Positions 36,889 through 47,343 of a stretch of 64,000 nucleotides of DNA are shown here, one piece after another; position 1 is the first letter of the stretch, and each line of letters starts with the position of its first letter. Made by a program: the position numbers and the translations under genes. The notes beneath the pieces were generated by a model. That model did not search any database and was not told where the DNA came from. It worked only from the letters and a program-made list of their open reading frames with translations. The stretch is from positions 11,563 to 75,562 of the forward strand of contig JAXDRN010000009.1 in NCBI GenBank assembly GCA_034090985.1, read 5' to 3'. This stretch comes from Rothia sp. (in: high G+C Gram-positive bacteria) (GTDB taxonomy: Bacteria; Actinomycetota; Actinomycetes; Actinomycetales; Micrococcaceae).

Positions 36889-38466
36889 ATGCCTGGTCAG
36901 AAGAGGCCCCTGGGCCTTCCTAGGCCCATTACTGCTGTTCGGGGTAGGGGGCAGAGCCTTCTTGAGCCCCGTTTTACTGATCCCTTGCGTCACCCGGAGC
37001 TGGCCTCTGAGCAGGCTAGGGTTCGCCGGGCCTGGGTTCTGCTGCTGCTGACCTTCCTCTTGCCCGGTAGCGCCCAGCTGCTGATGGGCCAGCAGAAGCT
37101 GGGCAGACGGGCCCTGCTGGTGACAGCTAGTTTTTGGGCTTTTCTGCTCTTTCTGGTCTTTGGCTGGTTCAATCAGAGGGCCCTGCTGCTGTCTGTGCTG
37201 ACTCATTCTTTTGTGCTTCTGCTGCTGAGTCTTTCCCTGCTGCTGCTAGCTGTCGGTTGGATCTTTTTGCTCCTGCATACAGCCCGCCTGATTCGGCCGC
37301 TGAGTCTGCCGGCCCGCCCTCGGGCCCTGATTTCAGCTCTTGTGGTTGCCTCCCTCATCGTCACAGGCGGGGGCCTAGGCTATGGGGCCTATGTGACCTG
37401 GTTGGGCCGGGGGGCCTTGGGGGCTATTTTTGCTGGCTCCTCTCCCCTAGCTGAGCAGGAGGGCCGCTACAATATTCTGCTCATGGGTGGGGATGCCGGT
37501 TCTGATAGGGTGGGCCGCCGCCCAGACTCTATGACGGTTGTTTCTATTGACGCTCAGAGTGGTCAGGCTCTGACTATTTCTGTTCCCAGGAACCTGCAAA
37601 ACGCTATTTTTGAAGAGGGCTCTCCCCTCTGGTCTGTCTACCCTGAGGGTTTTAACTGCGGGGATGAGTGCATCCTCAACGCCCTCTACCCAACGGTGGC
37701 TACCTCTTATGCTGACCTTTACCCTGGGGCTGCTGACCCTGGGGCTGAAGCTACCTTAGACGCTGTTTCTGGGGTTCTGGGGATCCGGGTGGAGCACTAT
37801 GTTCTGGTGGATATGTCTGGCTTTGAGAACCTGATTGATGCCCTAGGCGGTATCAGCATTGAGGTTGGTGGGCCTGTTCCTATTGGGGGCGGAACAGATC
37901 CAATCACCGGCCTGCCTAACCCTATTGAGGGCTATATTCAGCCCGGCCTGCAGCATCTTGATGGCTACCATGCCCTCTGGTATGCCCGTTCTAGGGAGGG
38001 GGCCTCTGACTATGACCGGCAGGCTAGGCAGCGCTGTGTGCAGGCTGCTATGCTCAAGCAGCTTGACCCGGCTAACGTGCTGACTAAATTTGCTGATATT
38101 ACAGCTGCCGGTGAAGAGGTCATTGAGACTAACATTCCCCAGGCTGGTCTTGCCGCCCTAGCTGATGTGGCCCTGAAGTCTAAGCAGTATGATTTGATTC
38201 AGTTTGCTGCTGGGCCCCCCTATTTTGATGATCTTTTCCCCACCTACCCTGATTTTGATCTGCTACAGCAGAGGGTTGATCAGGTCATTGCAGATTCGGC
38301 CCAGGGCATTTCACCTACACCCCTGAGCCAGGCTGCTGCTAGCAGCTCTAGCCCTACGGTCCCTGAGGCTGGGTCTGAATCTGGGGCCCTGGTTCTTGAG
38401 CTAGCTAGCTACCGGGTTCAGCTGGTCTCTGAGCTGAGCGCGAATGGAACCTGTTCCGTTCCCTAG
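36889..38466 (+). CDS. LCP (LytR-CpsA-Psr) glycopolymer transferase
   Basis: NILLMGGD, RPDSM, SVPRNL, LWYARSR, DYDRQARQ; N-terminal TM helices. Confidence 0.9.
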   Translation: MPGQKRPLGLPRPITAVRGRGQSLLEPRFTDPLRHPELASEQARVRRAWVLLLLTFLLPGSAQLLMGQQKLGRRALLVTASFWAFLLFLVFGWFNQRALLLSVLTHSFVLLLLSLSLLLLAVGWIFLLLHTARLIRPLSLPARPRALISALVVASLIVTGGGLGYGAYVTWLGRGALGAIFAGSSPLAEQEGRYNILLMGGDAGSDRVGRRPDSMTVVSIDAQSGQALTISVPRNLQNAIFEEGSPLWSVYPEGFNCGDECILNALYPTVATSYADLYPGAADPGAEATLDAVSGVLGIRVEHYVLVDMSGFENLIDALGGISIEVGGPVPIGGGTDPITGLPNPIEGYIQPGLQHLDGYHALWYARSREGASDYDRQARQRCVQAAMLKQLDPANVLTKFADITAAGEEVIETNIPQAGLAALADVALKSKQYDLIQFAAGPPYFDDLFPTYPDFDLLQQRVDQVIADSAQGISPTPLSQAAASSSSPTVPEAGSESGALVLELASYRVQLVSELSANGTCSVP

Positions 38467-38562
38467 CAGGTTTGCTCTCCTGGCTTCTGCAGTTCCCCAG
38501 CTCACTGCCCTGCCTTCTGCTGGAGGAGCCTTAAGGCCCTTTCAGACGGTAAGCTGGTTTGC

Positions 38563-39597
38563 ATGAGTACTATTCTGCAGTCAGAGATTTGGGCTAAGTT
38601 TCAAGAAGCGAACGGCCATAAGGTCCTCAAAGACCAGGGGCCAGGCTGGCACTTTATTGCAACCGTTGAGGGGGGCCGGACCGGCCGCTACCTCTACTGC
38701 CCCTACGGGCCTGAGGCTGAAAGCCCCCAGGCCTTTGACCAGGCCGTTGCCCGCCTCAGGGAACTAGCAGCAGCCCAGGGTTGCTGGTTCCTGCGGGTTG
38801 AGCCCACTAACCCTGCTCTTTGGGCTAGCTACCCTTCTGGCTCTGCCTTCCTGGCAGCCCGGGGCTTTCGCCTTTCTCCCCGCCAGATTCAGCCCTCCCA
38901 CACCCAGATCATTGATCTGACCCTGAGCCAAGAAGAACTCTTGAAGGATATGAAGGCCACTAACCGCAACCTTCACCGCAATATCCATAAAAAGGGTGTT
39001 AGCTTTGAGACCTCCCAGAAGCCAGAGGACCTACCCATCCTCTTAGGTTTCTTGCAGGAGACCGCTGGCCGGGTTGGCTTTAACCGCCAGCAGGATGCCT
39101 ACCTGACTAAGGTGGCCCAAGTACTCATGCCAGCTGATGCGGCAACCCTCTACATTGCCCGTCTTGAGGGTGAACCGGTTGGGGCGGCCCTGGTCTACGA
39201 TTCAGATGACACCCGGGTCTATGCCCATGCGGCCACCTCTTTTGCCCACCGTAAGCTGCAGGTGGGCAATCCCCTGCTCTCTACGATTATTCTGGATGCC
39301 CAGGCTAAGGGCCTGAAAACGATGGACCTTTTTGGGATTGCCCCTGATGATGACCCTGAGCATGAATGGGCCGGTTTCACCAAGTTTAAGAAGTCCTTTG
39401 GGGGTAGGTCTGTCAGCTACCCTGGCACCTGGGATCTGCCGATCTCAGCCGCAGGCTACCGGGCCTACCTAGCGAGCCGGCAGGCCCAGCAGGGCCTGGG
39501 CCAGGCCCGCAGCCTAGCCCAGACTAAGCTACTGCCCCAGGCTAAGAAGCTCCTAGCCCAGCTTGAGCAGAAGGTAGGCAAGAAACCAGCCCAGTAA
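38563..39597 (+). CDS. FemAB/FemX family peptidoglycan bridge aminoacyltransferase
   Basis: LQSEIWAKF, LYCPYGP, LRVEP, IIDLT, MDLFGI, FTKFKKSFGG. Confidence 0.85.
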   Translation: MSTILQSEIWAKFQEANGHKVLKDQGPGWHFIATVEGGRTGRYLYCPYGPEAESPQAFDQAVARLRELAAAQGCWFLRVEPTNPALWASYPSGSAFLAARGFRLSPRQIQPSHTQIIDLTLSQEELLKDMKATNRNLHRNIHKKGVSFETSQKPEDLPILLGFLQETAGRVGFNRQQDAYLTKVAQVLMPADAATLYIARLEGEPVGAALVYDSDDTRVYAHAATSFAHRKLQVGNPLLSTIILDAQAKGLKTMDLFGIAPDDDPEHEWAGFTKFKKSFGGRSVSYPGTWDLPISAAGYRAYLASRQAQQGLGQARSLAQTKLLPQAKKLLAQLEQKVGKKPAQ

Positions 39598-39615
39598 GAC
39601 TAGCCCTAGCTGTAC

Positions 39616-39667
39616 AAAGTTTCAGCCCCTGCCCCACCTCTTCTGAGGGGGCAGGGGCTGAAACTTT
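39616..39667. terminator. Bidirectional terminator between femAB-like gene and glpX
   Basis: 20-bp inverted repeat AAAGTTTCAGCCCCTGCCCC/GGGGCAGGGGCTGAAACTTT between convergent genes. Confidence 0.75.
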
Positions 39668-39706
39668 TAAGGCTTACTTAAAAGGTCTGGGGGTGAAATA
39701 AGAGCC

Positions 39707-40696
39707 TTAGTAGCGGTTTGCAATCATCGCCTGGTAGCGGGGTAGGTTGTGTTCAGCTTCAATCAGGCGAACGGTACCAGAGAGGGAGCGCATCACCAGG
39801 GACTGGGTTGTTACCCGGTCCCGGCCGTAGCGGACCCCCCGCAGGAGCTTGCCGTCAGTAATGCCGGTTGCCGCAAAGAAGCAGTTATCGCTGGTAACCA
39901 GCTGGTTGGTTGTCAGCACAGCATCTAGGTCATGGCCAGCGTCCAGGGCCTTTTGCTTCTCAGCTTCGTCTACCGGGGCAAGACGGCCCTGAATAATTCC
40001 CCCCATAGCCTTAATGGCGCAGGCAGCAACAATGCCTTCTGGGGTTCCACCAATACCCATCATCAGATCCACCCCGGTTCCCTCCCGGCAGGCGGCAATA
40101 GCTCCGGCAACGTCCCCGTCTAGGATCATGCGGGTCCTAGCCCCGGTTGCCCGGATTTCCTCGACCAGGCCAGCGTGCCTAGGCCGGTCAAGAACACAGA
40201 CCGTCAGCTGGCTGACGCTAGTTCCCTTAGCCTTAGCTACCAGGTGCAGATTCTGCTTAACAGGCAGGCGTAGGTCCACCAGGTCAGCTGCCTCTGGGCC
40301 GGTAACTAGCTTTTCCATGTAGAAAACAGCTGAAGGGTCAAACATAGTTCCCCCTTCAGCTACAGCGATGACCGATAGGGCATTATCCATGCCCAGGGCT
40401 GTCAGGCGGGTTCCGTCAATGGGGTCTACGGCTACATCGAAGCTATCGCCGCTGCCGTCGCCTACCTGTTCACCGTTAAAGAGCATGGGGGCTTCGTCCT
40501 TCTCCCCCTCACCGATCACTACCCGGCCGTTAAAGTGAACGGTCTTGAGCCGGGCCCTCATGGCATCAACGGCAGCCCCGTCAGCCATGTTTTTATCACC
40601 GGCACCCACCAGGGGGGCTGAGGCAATGGCTGCTGCCTCAGTTGCCCGAACCAGCTCCAGGGCCAAATTGCGCTCTTCAAAGCCTGTAGTTGACAT
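39707..40696 (-). CDS. glpX: Fructose-1,6-bisphosphatase class II
   Basis: [45 protein letters not shown]. Confidence 0.96.
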   Translation of the reverse strand: MSTTGFEERNLALELVRATEAAAIASAPLVGAGDKNMADGAAVDAMRARLKTVHFNGRVVIGEGEKDEAPMLFNGEQVGDGSGDSFDVAVDPIDGTRLTALGMDNALSVIAVAEGGTMFDPSAVFYMEKLVTGPEAADLVDLRLPVKQNLHLVAKAKGTSVSQLTVCVLDRPRHAGLVEEIRATGARTRMILDGDVAGAIAACREGTGVDLMMGIGGTPEGIVAACAIKAMGGIIQGRLAPVDEAEKQKALDAGHDLDAVLTTNQLVTSDNCFFAATGITDGKLLRGVRYGRDRVTTQSLVMRSLSGTVRLIEAEHNLPRYQAMIANRY

Positions 40697-40916
40697 ATCC
40701 TCACCTTCGAGTTATTTCTGGGATCCTGACTGTTCAGTAACCTAGGCGCAACCCTGCGCCTACAGTTTCTAGCCTACCCCCTCTAGGGATCCGCTTCTAG
40801 AGGGGCTGGGGCCGGTCTTAGAATATGACCTTCCCTTACCCCCCTCTTAGCCTTCTTGACCCTTCAGGTCCCCCTTGAGTTAGGACAAAACCCTAAGGTG
40901 TACCAGAATAGAAGGC

Positions 40917-41603
40917 GTGACATCTTCAAATTCCTCAGATTCTGCCCTTCCAGCCTCTGAGCAGGAGGGAGCCCAGCTGGCAGACCAGCAGGTTCTGCCC
41001 CAGATTACCCGTAAGCAGGCCGAACGGATTAACGCCCCGGCCCGCAACATGGTCATTTCCATGCTGGTGATGATTGCCCTGCTCCTGCCGGTTATCTGGC
41101 TCATGCCTCAGCCCAATAAGAACCCCTACCGGCCCACTGTTGATCTGCCCCCTATCGCCTACGAGGCCTCAGCCCAGGCCGGCTACCCGGTTGCCGCCGC
41201 CCAGCAGGAGGGCTGGCACTACAACTACGCCCGCTGGGTTACCGGCCAGGCCGACGGCATTAACTACTGGTCTACTGGCCAGGTCACTCCCTCTAACCAC
41301 TTCATTGAGCTGATCCAGGCCCAGGGCACCAACCCCACCTGGGTTGCCCAGTTCCTTGGCCAGGCCCAGCCTGAAGCCCAGGTACGCCTGGGCGAGGTCG
41401 ACTGGCAGGTTCGTAGCCTGATTGATCCTGATGACCAGCAGAAGGTCACCACCTTCTATGTTGGCCAGGTTCAGGGCAGCACCATCATCTTGAAGGGGCA
41501 GGCTGATGGAACTGAGTTTCAGGCCCTGGCCCAGGCCAGCCAAGACTATATGAATTCCCCCTCCCTGACCGCCTCCCCTAGCCCTGCCGGTGGTATCCAG
41601 TAA
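40917..41603 (+). CDS. DUF4245 family membrane-anchored protein
   Basis: NMVISM + single TM helix, NYARW; divergent from glpX as is typical in Actinobacteria. Confidence 0.7.
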   Translation: MTSSNSSDSALPASEQEGAQLADQQVLPQITRKQAERINAPARNMVISMLVMIALLLPVIWLMPQPNKNPYRPTVDLPPIAYEASAQAGYPVAAAQQEGWHYNYARWVTGQADGINYWSTGQVTPSNHFIELIQAQGTNPTWVAQFLGQAQPEAQVRLGEVDWQVRSLIDPDDQQKVTTFYVGQVQGSTIILKGQADGTEFQALAQASQDYMNSPSLTASPSPAGGIQ

Positions 41604-41643
41604 TCCCTAGCCCCTCTAGGAAGCAGCCCCAAGGAGTAGACCC

Positions 41644-42264
41644 ATGACAGCTATCAGCACCCCTGCCCAGGCCTGGGCCCGACTGACTGAGGGTAATGCC
41701 CGCTTTGTTGAAGGCAACCGCTCCCACCCTAACCAGGATGCGGCCCGCCGGGCTGAACTTGTTGCAGGCCAAAATCCCTTTGCAGCTATCTTTGGCTGCG
41801 GGGACTCCCGCCTGGCAGCTGAGATTATTTTCGACCTAGGCTTAGGGGATGCCTTTGTGGTGCGCACAGCCGGTCAGGTTCTTGATGACGCTGTTCTAGG
41901 TTCCCTGGAGTACGCCGCCGGTGAGCTGCACACCCCCCTGATTATGGTCCTGGGCCATGACTCCTGCGGGGCTATTAGCGCCACCCACCAGGCCCTGACC
42001 AGTGGGCATATGCCCCCCGGCTTTATTCGCAATCTGGTTGAGGGAATCCTTCCTTCGGTTATTTCTACCCAGCTGCCTGAGAACCCCAGCATCAATGACA
42101 TGGTGGTGGAGCATACCCGCCAGACTGCTGCCCGCATTGCAGAACAGTCAGGAATTATCCGCCAGTCTATTGAGGAGGGCAGGCTGGCTGTAGTGGGTGT
42201 CTTTTACCATCTGGCTGATGGAAAGGCGGATTTGGTCTATTCTTCTTCTGCAGAGATTAGTTAG
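41644..42264 (+). CDS. Beta-class carbonic anhydrase
   Basis: GNARF, FGCGDSR, GSLEYA, LGHDSCGA zinc motifs. Confidence 0.92.
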   Translation: MTAISTPAQAWARLTEGNARFVEGNRSHPNQDAARRAELVAGQNPFAAIFGCGDSRLAAEIIFDLGLGDAFVVRTAGQVLDDAVLGSLEYAAGELHTPLIMVLGHDSCGAISATHQALTSGHMPPGFIRNLVEGILPSVISTQLPENPSINDMVVEHTRQTAARIAEQSGIIRQSIEEGRLAVVGVFYHLADGKADLVYSSSAEIS

Positions 42265-42324
42265 CCCTGTAATCCTTCCGCCTTAATGCGACAGAGGTCA
42301 CGGAATCCTAGTAGACTAGCTTCT

Positions 42325-43731
42325 ATGGCAGATAACACTGAATACCGCATTGAACACGACACCATGGGCGAAGTCCGCGTACCGGCTCAGGCCCTCTACC
42401 GGGCTCAGACCCAGCGTGCCGTTGAAAATTTCCCCATCTCTGGCCAGACACTGGAGTCTGCCCACATTCGTGCCCTAGCCCTGATTAAGAAGGCAGCTGC
42501 AAGCGCGAATGAGGAGCTTGGTGTTCTGGATTCAACCCGGGCTGCTGCTATCCGCGAGGCTGCAGATAAGGTAGCTGCTGGTGACTACGATGAGCATTTC
42601 CCCATTGATGTTTTCCAGACCGGCTCGGGTACATCATCCAACATGAACACCAACGAGGTTCTAGCTACCCTAGCTACCCAGGCCCTGGAAGGCCAGGGGA
42701 TCGAGGTTCACCCCAACGACCATGTGAATGCCTCCCAGTCCTCTAACGATGTCTTCCCCACCTCAGTGCACGTAGCAGCAACCGAGGCCCTACTCAAAGA
42801 CCTTGTCCCAGCCCTGGACTACCTAGCTGAGTCCCTGGAGCGGAAGGCCCTAGAGTTCAAGGACGTTGTCAAGTCTGGCCGTACCCACCTGATGGATGCC
42901 ACTCCCGTAACCCTGGGCCAGGAGTTCTCTGGCTACGCAGCCCAGGTTCGCTACGGTGTGGAACGTATCCAGGCCTCCCTACCCCGAGTAGCTGAGGTTC
43001 CCCTAGGCGGCACTGCTGTGGGCACCGGCATTAACACCCCTGACGGTTTTAGCGCCCGCGTCATTGAACTGCTGGCTGAAGAGACCGGCCTGCCCCTGAC
43101 TGAGGCCCGTAACCACTTTGAGGCCCAGGCCAACCGGGATGGTCTCATTGAGGCCTCTGGCCAGCTGCGCAATATCGCCTACTCTCTGATGAAGATCAAC
43201 AACGATATTCGCTGGATGGGTTCTGGCCCCAACACCGGTCTGGGCGAGCTGCATATTCCTGATCTGCAGCCTGGCTCATCCATTATGCCCGGTAAGGTCA
43301 ATCCCGTTATCTGTGAGGCGGCCATTATGGTGTGCGCTCAGGTGATTGGTAATGACACCACCATTGCCCTCTCCTCCACCAACGGTGCCTTTGAGCTAAA
43401 CGTAGGTATCCCGGTTATGGCCGCTAACCTGCTCCAGTCCATCCGCCTGCTGGCCAACACCAGCCGGGTGATGGCCGATAAGATGATTGACGGCCTTGAG
43501 GCTAATGTGGAGCGGGCCCGCTTCCTGGCTGAGGCTTCCCCCTCAACCGTGACCCCCATGAATAAGCTCATTGGCTATGAGGCAGCTGCCAAGATCGCCA
43601 AGCACTCAGTGGCTCATAAGACCACTGTGCGCGAAGCCGTGATCGCCCTAGGCTACCTGGAGCGCGGTGAAGTGACCGAAGCTCAGCTCGATGAGGCCCT
43701 GGACGTCACTAAGATGCTGGGTAACTTCTAA
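42325..43731 (+). CDS. fumC: Fumarate hydratase class II
   Basis: [37 protein letters not shown]; start moved to ATG 42325. Confidence 0.96.
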   Translation: MADNTEYRIEHDTMGEVRVPAQALYRAQTQRAVENFPISGQTLESAHIRALALIKKAAASANEELGVLDSTRAAAIREAADKVAAGDYDEHFPIDVFQTGSGTSSNMNTNEVLATLATQALEGQGIEVHPNDHVNASQSSNDVFPTSVHVAATEALLKDLVPALDYLAESLERKALEFKDVVKSGRTHLMDATPVTLGQEFSGYAAQVRYGVERIQASLPRVAEVPLGGTAVGTGINTPDGFSARVIELLAEETGLPLTEARNHFEAQANRDGLIEASGQLRNIAYSLMKINNDIRWMGSGPNTGLGELHIPDLQPGSSIMPGKVNPVICEAAIMVCAQVIGNDTTIALSSTNGAFELNVGIPVMAANLLQSIRLLANTSRVMADKMIDGLEANVERARFLAEASPSTVTPMNKLIGYEAAAKIAKHSVAHKTTVREAVIALGYLERGEVTEAQLDEALDVTKMLGNF

Positions 43732-43805
43732 GGCTTAAGGCTTTAGAAAGCCTATGAAGCAGGCTCACACCCCTGTGAGCCTGCTTCACTCTTTAAAACA
43801 GGTTT

Positions 43806-44999
43806 CTATTCAGCCCGAAGAATCAGGGCATCGCCCTGCCCTCCCCCACCGCAGAGAGCCACAGCCGCATAGGTCAGCTCAGGATTCTGCTTCAGGGCGT
43901 GAGCTGCATGAACCACCAGCCGGGCCCCAGAAGCCCCCACCGGGTGCCCCAGGGCAATCGCCCCGCCCTGAGGGTTCACCTTCTCTAGCATTAAGCCAAG
44001 TTCCCGGGCAGAGACAGCTGACACCGCCGCAAAGGCCTCATTGATCTCCACATGGTCAAGGTCAGCAGCTTCCAGCCCGGCCTTCTTCAGGGCAGCCCTA
44101 ATAGCCCGCGAAGGCTGATAGTGCAAAATATTTTCAGGACCAGCAGTATTAGCCCAGGTCAGAAGAGTGGCTAGCGGTTTAATTCCCTGACTTTCGGCAA
44201 ATTCCCGGCTGGCAAGGACCAGGGCAGCGGCCCCATCAGAGAGGGGAGAAGCGTTCCCGGCAGTAATAGTGCCCTGCTGGTCAAAGGCAGGCCTTAGCTG
44301 AGCCAGCAGCTCAACCCTGCTGCCCTCACGCACCCCCTCATCGGTTTTCACCTCACTGATCTGCCCCTTGGGCCCCTGGATCTGAACAGGGGCGATTTCA
44401 GCCTCAAAGAGCCCTGCAAGGGCCGCGGCATGGGCCCGCTGGTGAGAGGCAGCAGCGATTTCGTCCTGCTCCTGGCGGCTAAGCCCAAAGCGGTCCTTAG
44501 CTCTCTCAGTGAGCAGGCCCATAGACTCCCCCGTCTGGGCATCGGTGAGGGCATCACGTTCAAGGGCATCGAGCAGGGTGCCGGCCCCAAAAACCCTGCC
44601 CGAACGAAGGTCAGGCAGCAAAAAGGGAGCCTGAGACATAGACTCCTGGCCCCCGGCAACTGCCACCTGCACCTCACCTGAACGAATCAGGCGGGCTGCA
44701 TCTATCACTGCCCGCAGGCCTGAGAGGCAGACGCTATTGACTGTAAGCGCCGGGGTAGTGAGGGGAATTCCGGCAGCGCTGGCAGTCTGCTTAGCCGGGT
44801 TCTGCCCGGCCCCAGCCTGAACCACCTGGCCAAAGATAACAGTCTCAACCAGCTGGGGGTCAAGGCCGCTTGTGGCTAGGGCTTTTTTGAGGGCTATAGC
44901 CCCTAGATCAACGGCCCTAAGGCTAGAAAGGGAGCCCATGATTTTCCCCTGAGGGGTTCTGGCTGCTCCGATAATGACAACGTCCTTGTTGGCTTTCAT
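43806..44999 (-). CDS. Acetyl-CoA C-acetyltransferase (thiolase)
   Basis: NSVCLSG, GNAS.LSDGAA, EINEAFA, GHPVGASG, CGGGG. Confidence 0.93.
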   Translation of the reverse strand: MKANKDVVIIGAARTPQGKIMGSLSSLRAVDLGAIALKKALATSGLDPQLVETVIFGQVVQAGAGQNPAKQTASAAGIPLTTPALTVNSVCLSGLRAVIDAARLIRSGEVQVAVAGGQESMSQAPFLLPDLRSGRVFGAGTLLDALERDALTDAQTGESMGLLTERAKDRFGLSRQEQDEIAAASHQRAHAAALAGLFEAEIAPVQIQGPKGQISEVKTDEGVREGSRVELLAQLRPAFDQQGTITAGNASPLSDGAAALVLASREFAESQGIKPLATLLTWANTAGPENILHYQPSRAIRAALKKAGLEAADLDHVEINEAFAAVSAVSARELGLMLEKVNPQGGAIALGHPVGASGARLVVHAAHALKQNPELTYAAVALCGGGGQGDALILRAE

Positions 45000-45136
45000 C
45001 CTGATCCCTTCAGGCGCAGTTTGACCTACGCCACACAGTTATAGGTTACTTGCCAGGCTACAGGCCCCCATCCTGACGGTCAAGACTAGACCGCTTTAAG
45101 ACGGCCTGAGCATACAAGAGGCGGGCAGCAAGCAGC

Positions 45137-45619
45137 TCAGCGGGCCTCAAGATCAAAGCGGGCCCCCTGCTGCCAGTTCAAGGCCGCATCAATCCGATCG
45201 AGCATCCGCTCGCTACAGTAGGCTGGCAGGTCTATCGGATCAACCCAAGCCACCTGGCTAGATTCCTCATCGTTCACCCTAGCCTGTCCCGATAGGTAGC
45301 GGCAGTAGAAGGTGTGGTCTAAGAACTGGCAGCGATCCCCGTTCTCAAAGGTCATGGCAGGGTCAGCCTTCACCTGGGCCAAGGCCAGCACCTCAATCAT
45401 CACCCCGGCTTCTTCTTCTGCCTCCCTCAGGCAGGTCAAGGCCGGGTTCTCCCCCGGATCAACAATGCCGGTCACCGGCGTCCAGGCCCCAGTATCACTG
45501 CGCTTGACCAGCAGAATCCGCCCGTCCTGGCGCTGAATAACCGCTGTAGCACCCGAAAGCCAGAGCAGGTCATGGCCAATCCGGGCCCGAAGGCTACTAA
45601 TAAATTCAGGTGTTGGCAT
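45137..45619 (-). CDS. NUDIX hydrolase
   Basis: Nudix box GIVDPGENPALTCLREAEEEAG; start moved to ATG 45619. Confidence 0.88.
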   Translation of the reverse strand: MPTPEFISSLRARIGHDLLWLSGATAVIQRQDGRILLVKRSDTGAWTPVTGIVDPGENPALTCLREAEEEAGVMIEVLALAQVKADPAMTFENGDRCQFLDHTFYCRYLSGQARVNDEESSQVAWVDPIDLPAYCSERMLDRIDAALNWQQGARFDLEAR

Positions 45620-45629
45620 AGGAATCCTT

Positions 45630-46163
45630 TCAAGAAGCAGGAAAGAGAAGGGCCAAACCAGCCCCCAGAAGCATGTAGGGACCAAAGGCCAGGTGGCTAG
45701 AGGGGCGAATCCGGCCGGTCAGGAGCAGAAAACCAGCAACCAGCCCAGCTAGTAGGTAGATCAGCAGGTTAGCCCACAGAAGGTTCCACCAGGAAAAATA
45801 CACCGCAAGGGCCCCCAGCAGGGGCGCTAGCTTAACGTCCCCCAGGCCCAGGCCCCGGCCCGAAAGCAGGCGGGTCAGCCAGTAGAAGGCCCCCATGAGC
45901 CCGGCCCCAGCCAGGATCCTTCCCAGCCCGGCAAGGCCAGCACCCTCTAGGAAGTTAGCTACAAGCAGGGGCAGGCCCAGTTTCCAGTAGAGGGGGAAAA
46001 CCAGGGCATCAGGCAGCAGGTGGGAGCGCAGATCAATCAGGGCCAGCCGGTAGGCCCAGTAGCTGTAGGCGAGCAGAACCCAGGCCAGCAGCAGGGCGCT
46101 CAGGGCTGAGGGCAGATGGCCAGCTAGGCCACTAGCTCCTAGGCTGATGATCCGCTCAAGCAT
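45630..46163 (-). CDS. Prepilin peptidase A24 family membrane aspartic protease
   Basis: IDLRSHLLPD and GLGLGDVKLA catalytic Asp motifs, AFGPYM. Confidence 0.82.
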   Translation of the reverse strand: MLERIISLGASGLAGHLPSALSALLLAWVLLAYSYWAYRLALIDLRSHLLPDALVFPLYWKLGLPLLVANFLEGAGLAGLGRILAGAGLMGAFYWLTRLLSGRGLGLGDVKLAPLLGALAVYFSWWNLLWANLLIYLLAGLVAGFLLLTGRIRPSSHLAFGPYMLLGAGLALLFPAS

Positions 46164-46171
46164 CTAAGACC

Positions 46172-46933
46172 TTAAGAGCCAAAGCGCCGCTGACGCTGGG
46201 CATAATCCCGCAGGGCCCGCAGAAAATCGACCCGGCGGAAGTCAGGCCAGAGGGCCTCGCAGAAGTAGAACTCAGAGTAGGCTGACTGCCAGGTCATAAA
46301 ACCTGAGAGCCGCTGCTCACCTGAGGTGCGAATCAAAAGATCAGGGTCAGGCATTCCCCGGGTGTAGAGGTGCTGGGAAATGTCATCAATAGTGACCTTC
46401 TGGGCCAGTTCCTCTAGGCTTTGGCCCTTCTGGGCTGCCTCACGGAGCAGGCCGCGAACGGCATCTACAATTTCCTGCCGGCCCCCGTAGCCTACAGCGA
46501 TATTGATGTGAAGCCCCTGGCAGCTAGCTGTCTGCTCCACAGCCCTTGCAAAGGCAGCCTGCAGACTAGCTGGAAGGGATTCAAGCTGACCAACGGGCCG
46601 AATAGAACCCAGGCCCTGGTCAGCTAGCTGGCCCAGGAAGGACTCAATAACCTCAACCAGGTCATCAAGTTCCCTACTGCTGCGCTTCAGGTTCTCTGTT
46701 GAGAGCATGTAGAGGGTCACCATAGGAATTTTTAGGTCAGCGCACCAGCCTAAAAATTCTATAATCCGGGCGGCACCAGCCTGGTGGCCGTGCTTGGTCG
46801 TCTGCCCCAGCAGGGCAGCCCAGCGCCGGTTGCCGTCAACGAGCACCCCGATATGGGCCGGTAGCTTCTCTGCCGGGATTCCAGTTGCCAGAGAGCGCTC
46901 ATAGACTGAGTAGAGGGATTGCGGTAGCTTCAT
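46172..46933 (-). CDS. cis-isoprenyl diphosphate synthase (UppS/Rv1086 family)
   Basis: DGNRRWA, LSTENL, YGGRQEI, RTSGEQRLSGF, WPDF. Confidence 0.93.
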   Translation of the reverse strand: MKLPQSLYSVYERSLATGIPAEKLPAHIGVLVDGNRRWAALLGQTTKHGHQAGAARIIEFLGWCADLKIPMVTLYMLSTENLKRSSRELDDLVEVIESFLGQLADQGLGSIRPVGQLESLPASLQAAFARAVEQTASCQGLHINIAVGYGGRQEIVDAVRGLLREAAQKGQSLEELAQKVTIDDISQHLYTRGMPDPDLLIRTSGEQRLSGFMTWQSAYSEFYFCEALWPDFRRVDFLRALRDYAQRQRRFGS

Positions 46934-46950
46934 GAACTTCTCCTGCCCTT

Positions 46951-47250
46951 CTAGGACTGGTTAGTTTCAGCTGCCTGGGCTGCTGCCCTCTCTTCGGCCT
47001 CACGGGCCTGGGCGTATTCGGCCCGGTAGCGTAGGCGGCGGGAGCGGCGGGTCAGGTCTAGGCCCAGCAGGATAATGATGACCCCAAGGATGAAGAAAAC
47101 GGCAAAGCCCAAGATTCCTGGTGATCCTCTGAAGGTGCCGTCCGGGTTCAAGGTGGTCAAGACTGTGGGGGTAGCCTCAGCGGCGTAGAGAGCCAGGTCT
47201 GTGGGAGTCAGAGTGGGCACGGGTAGGGCATCCTTCGTAATAAGACTCAA
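46951..47250 (-). CDS. Small single-pass membrane protein
   Basis: SPGILGFAVFF TM helix followed by basic tail, upstream of the isoprenyl transferase. Confidence 0.55.
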   Translation of the reverse strand: MSLITKDALPVPTLTPTDLALYAAEATPTVLTTLNPDGTFRGSPGILGFAVFFILGVIIILLGLDLTRRSRRLRYRAEYAQAREAEERAAAQAAETNQS

Positions 47251-47343
47251 AAGGGCAAGACCCTAAGGGGTCAAAACCCATTCTACCGCCTGCCCCCTAG
47301 CTTGGAGCCAGGAAGCCCAGAGCTGCTGAGGGAAGGCAGGCAG

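Noticed and set aside
45630-46163. Type IV pilus or competence cluster
   Set aside because: The prepilin peptidase is alone among housekeeping genes, with no pilins or assembly ATPase in the window.
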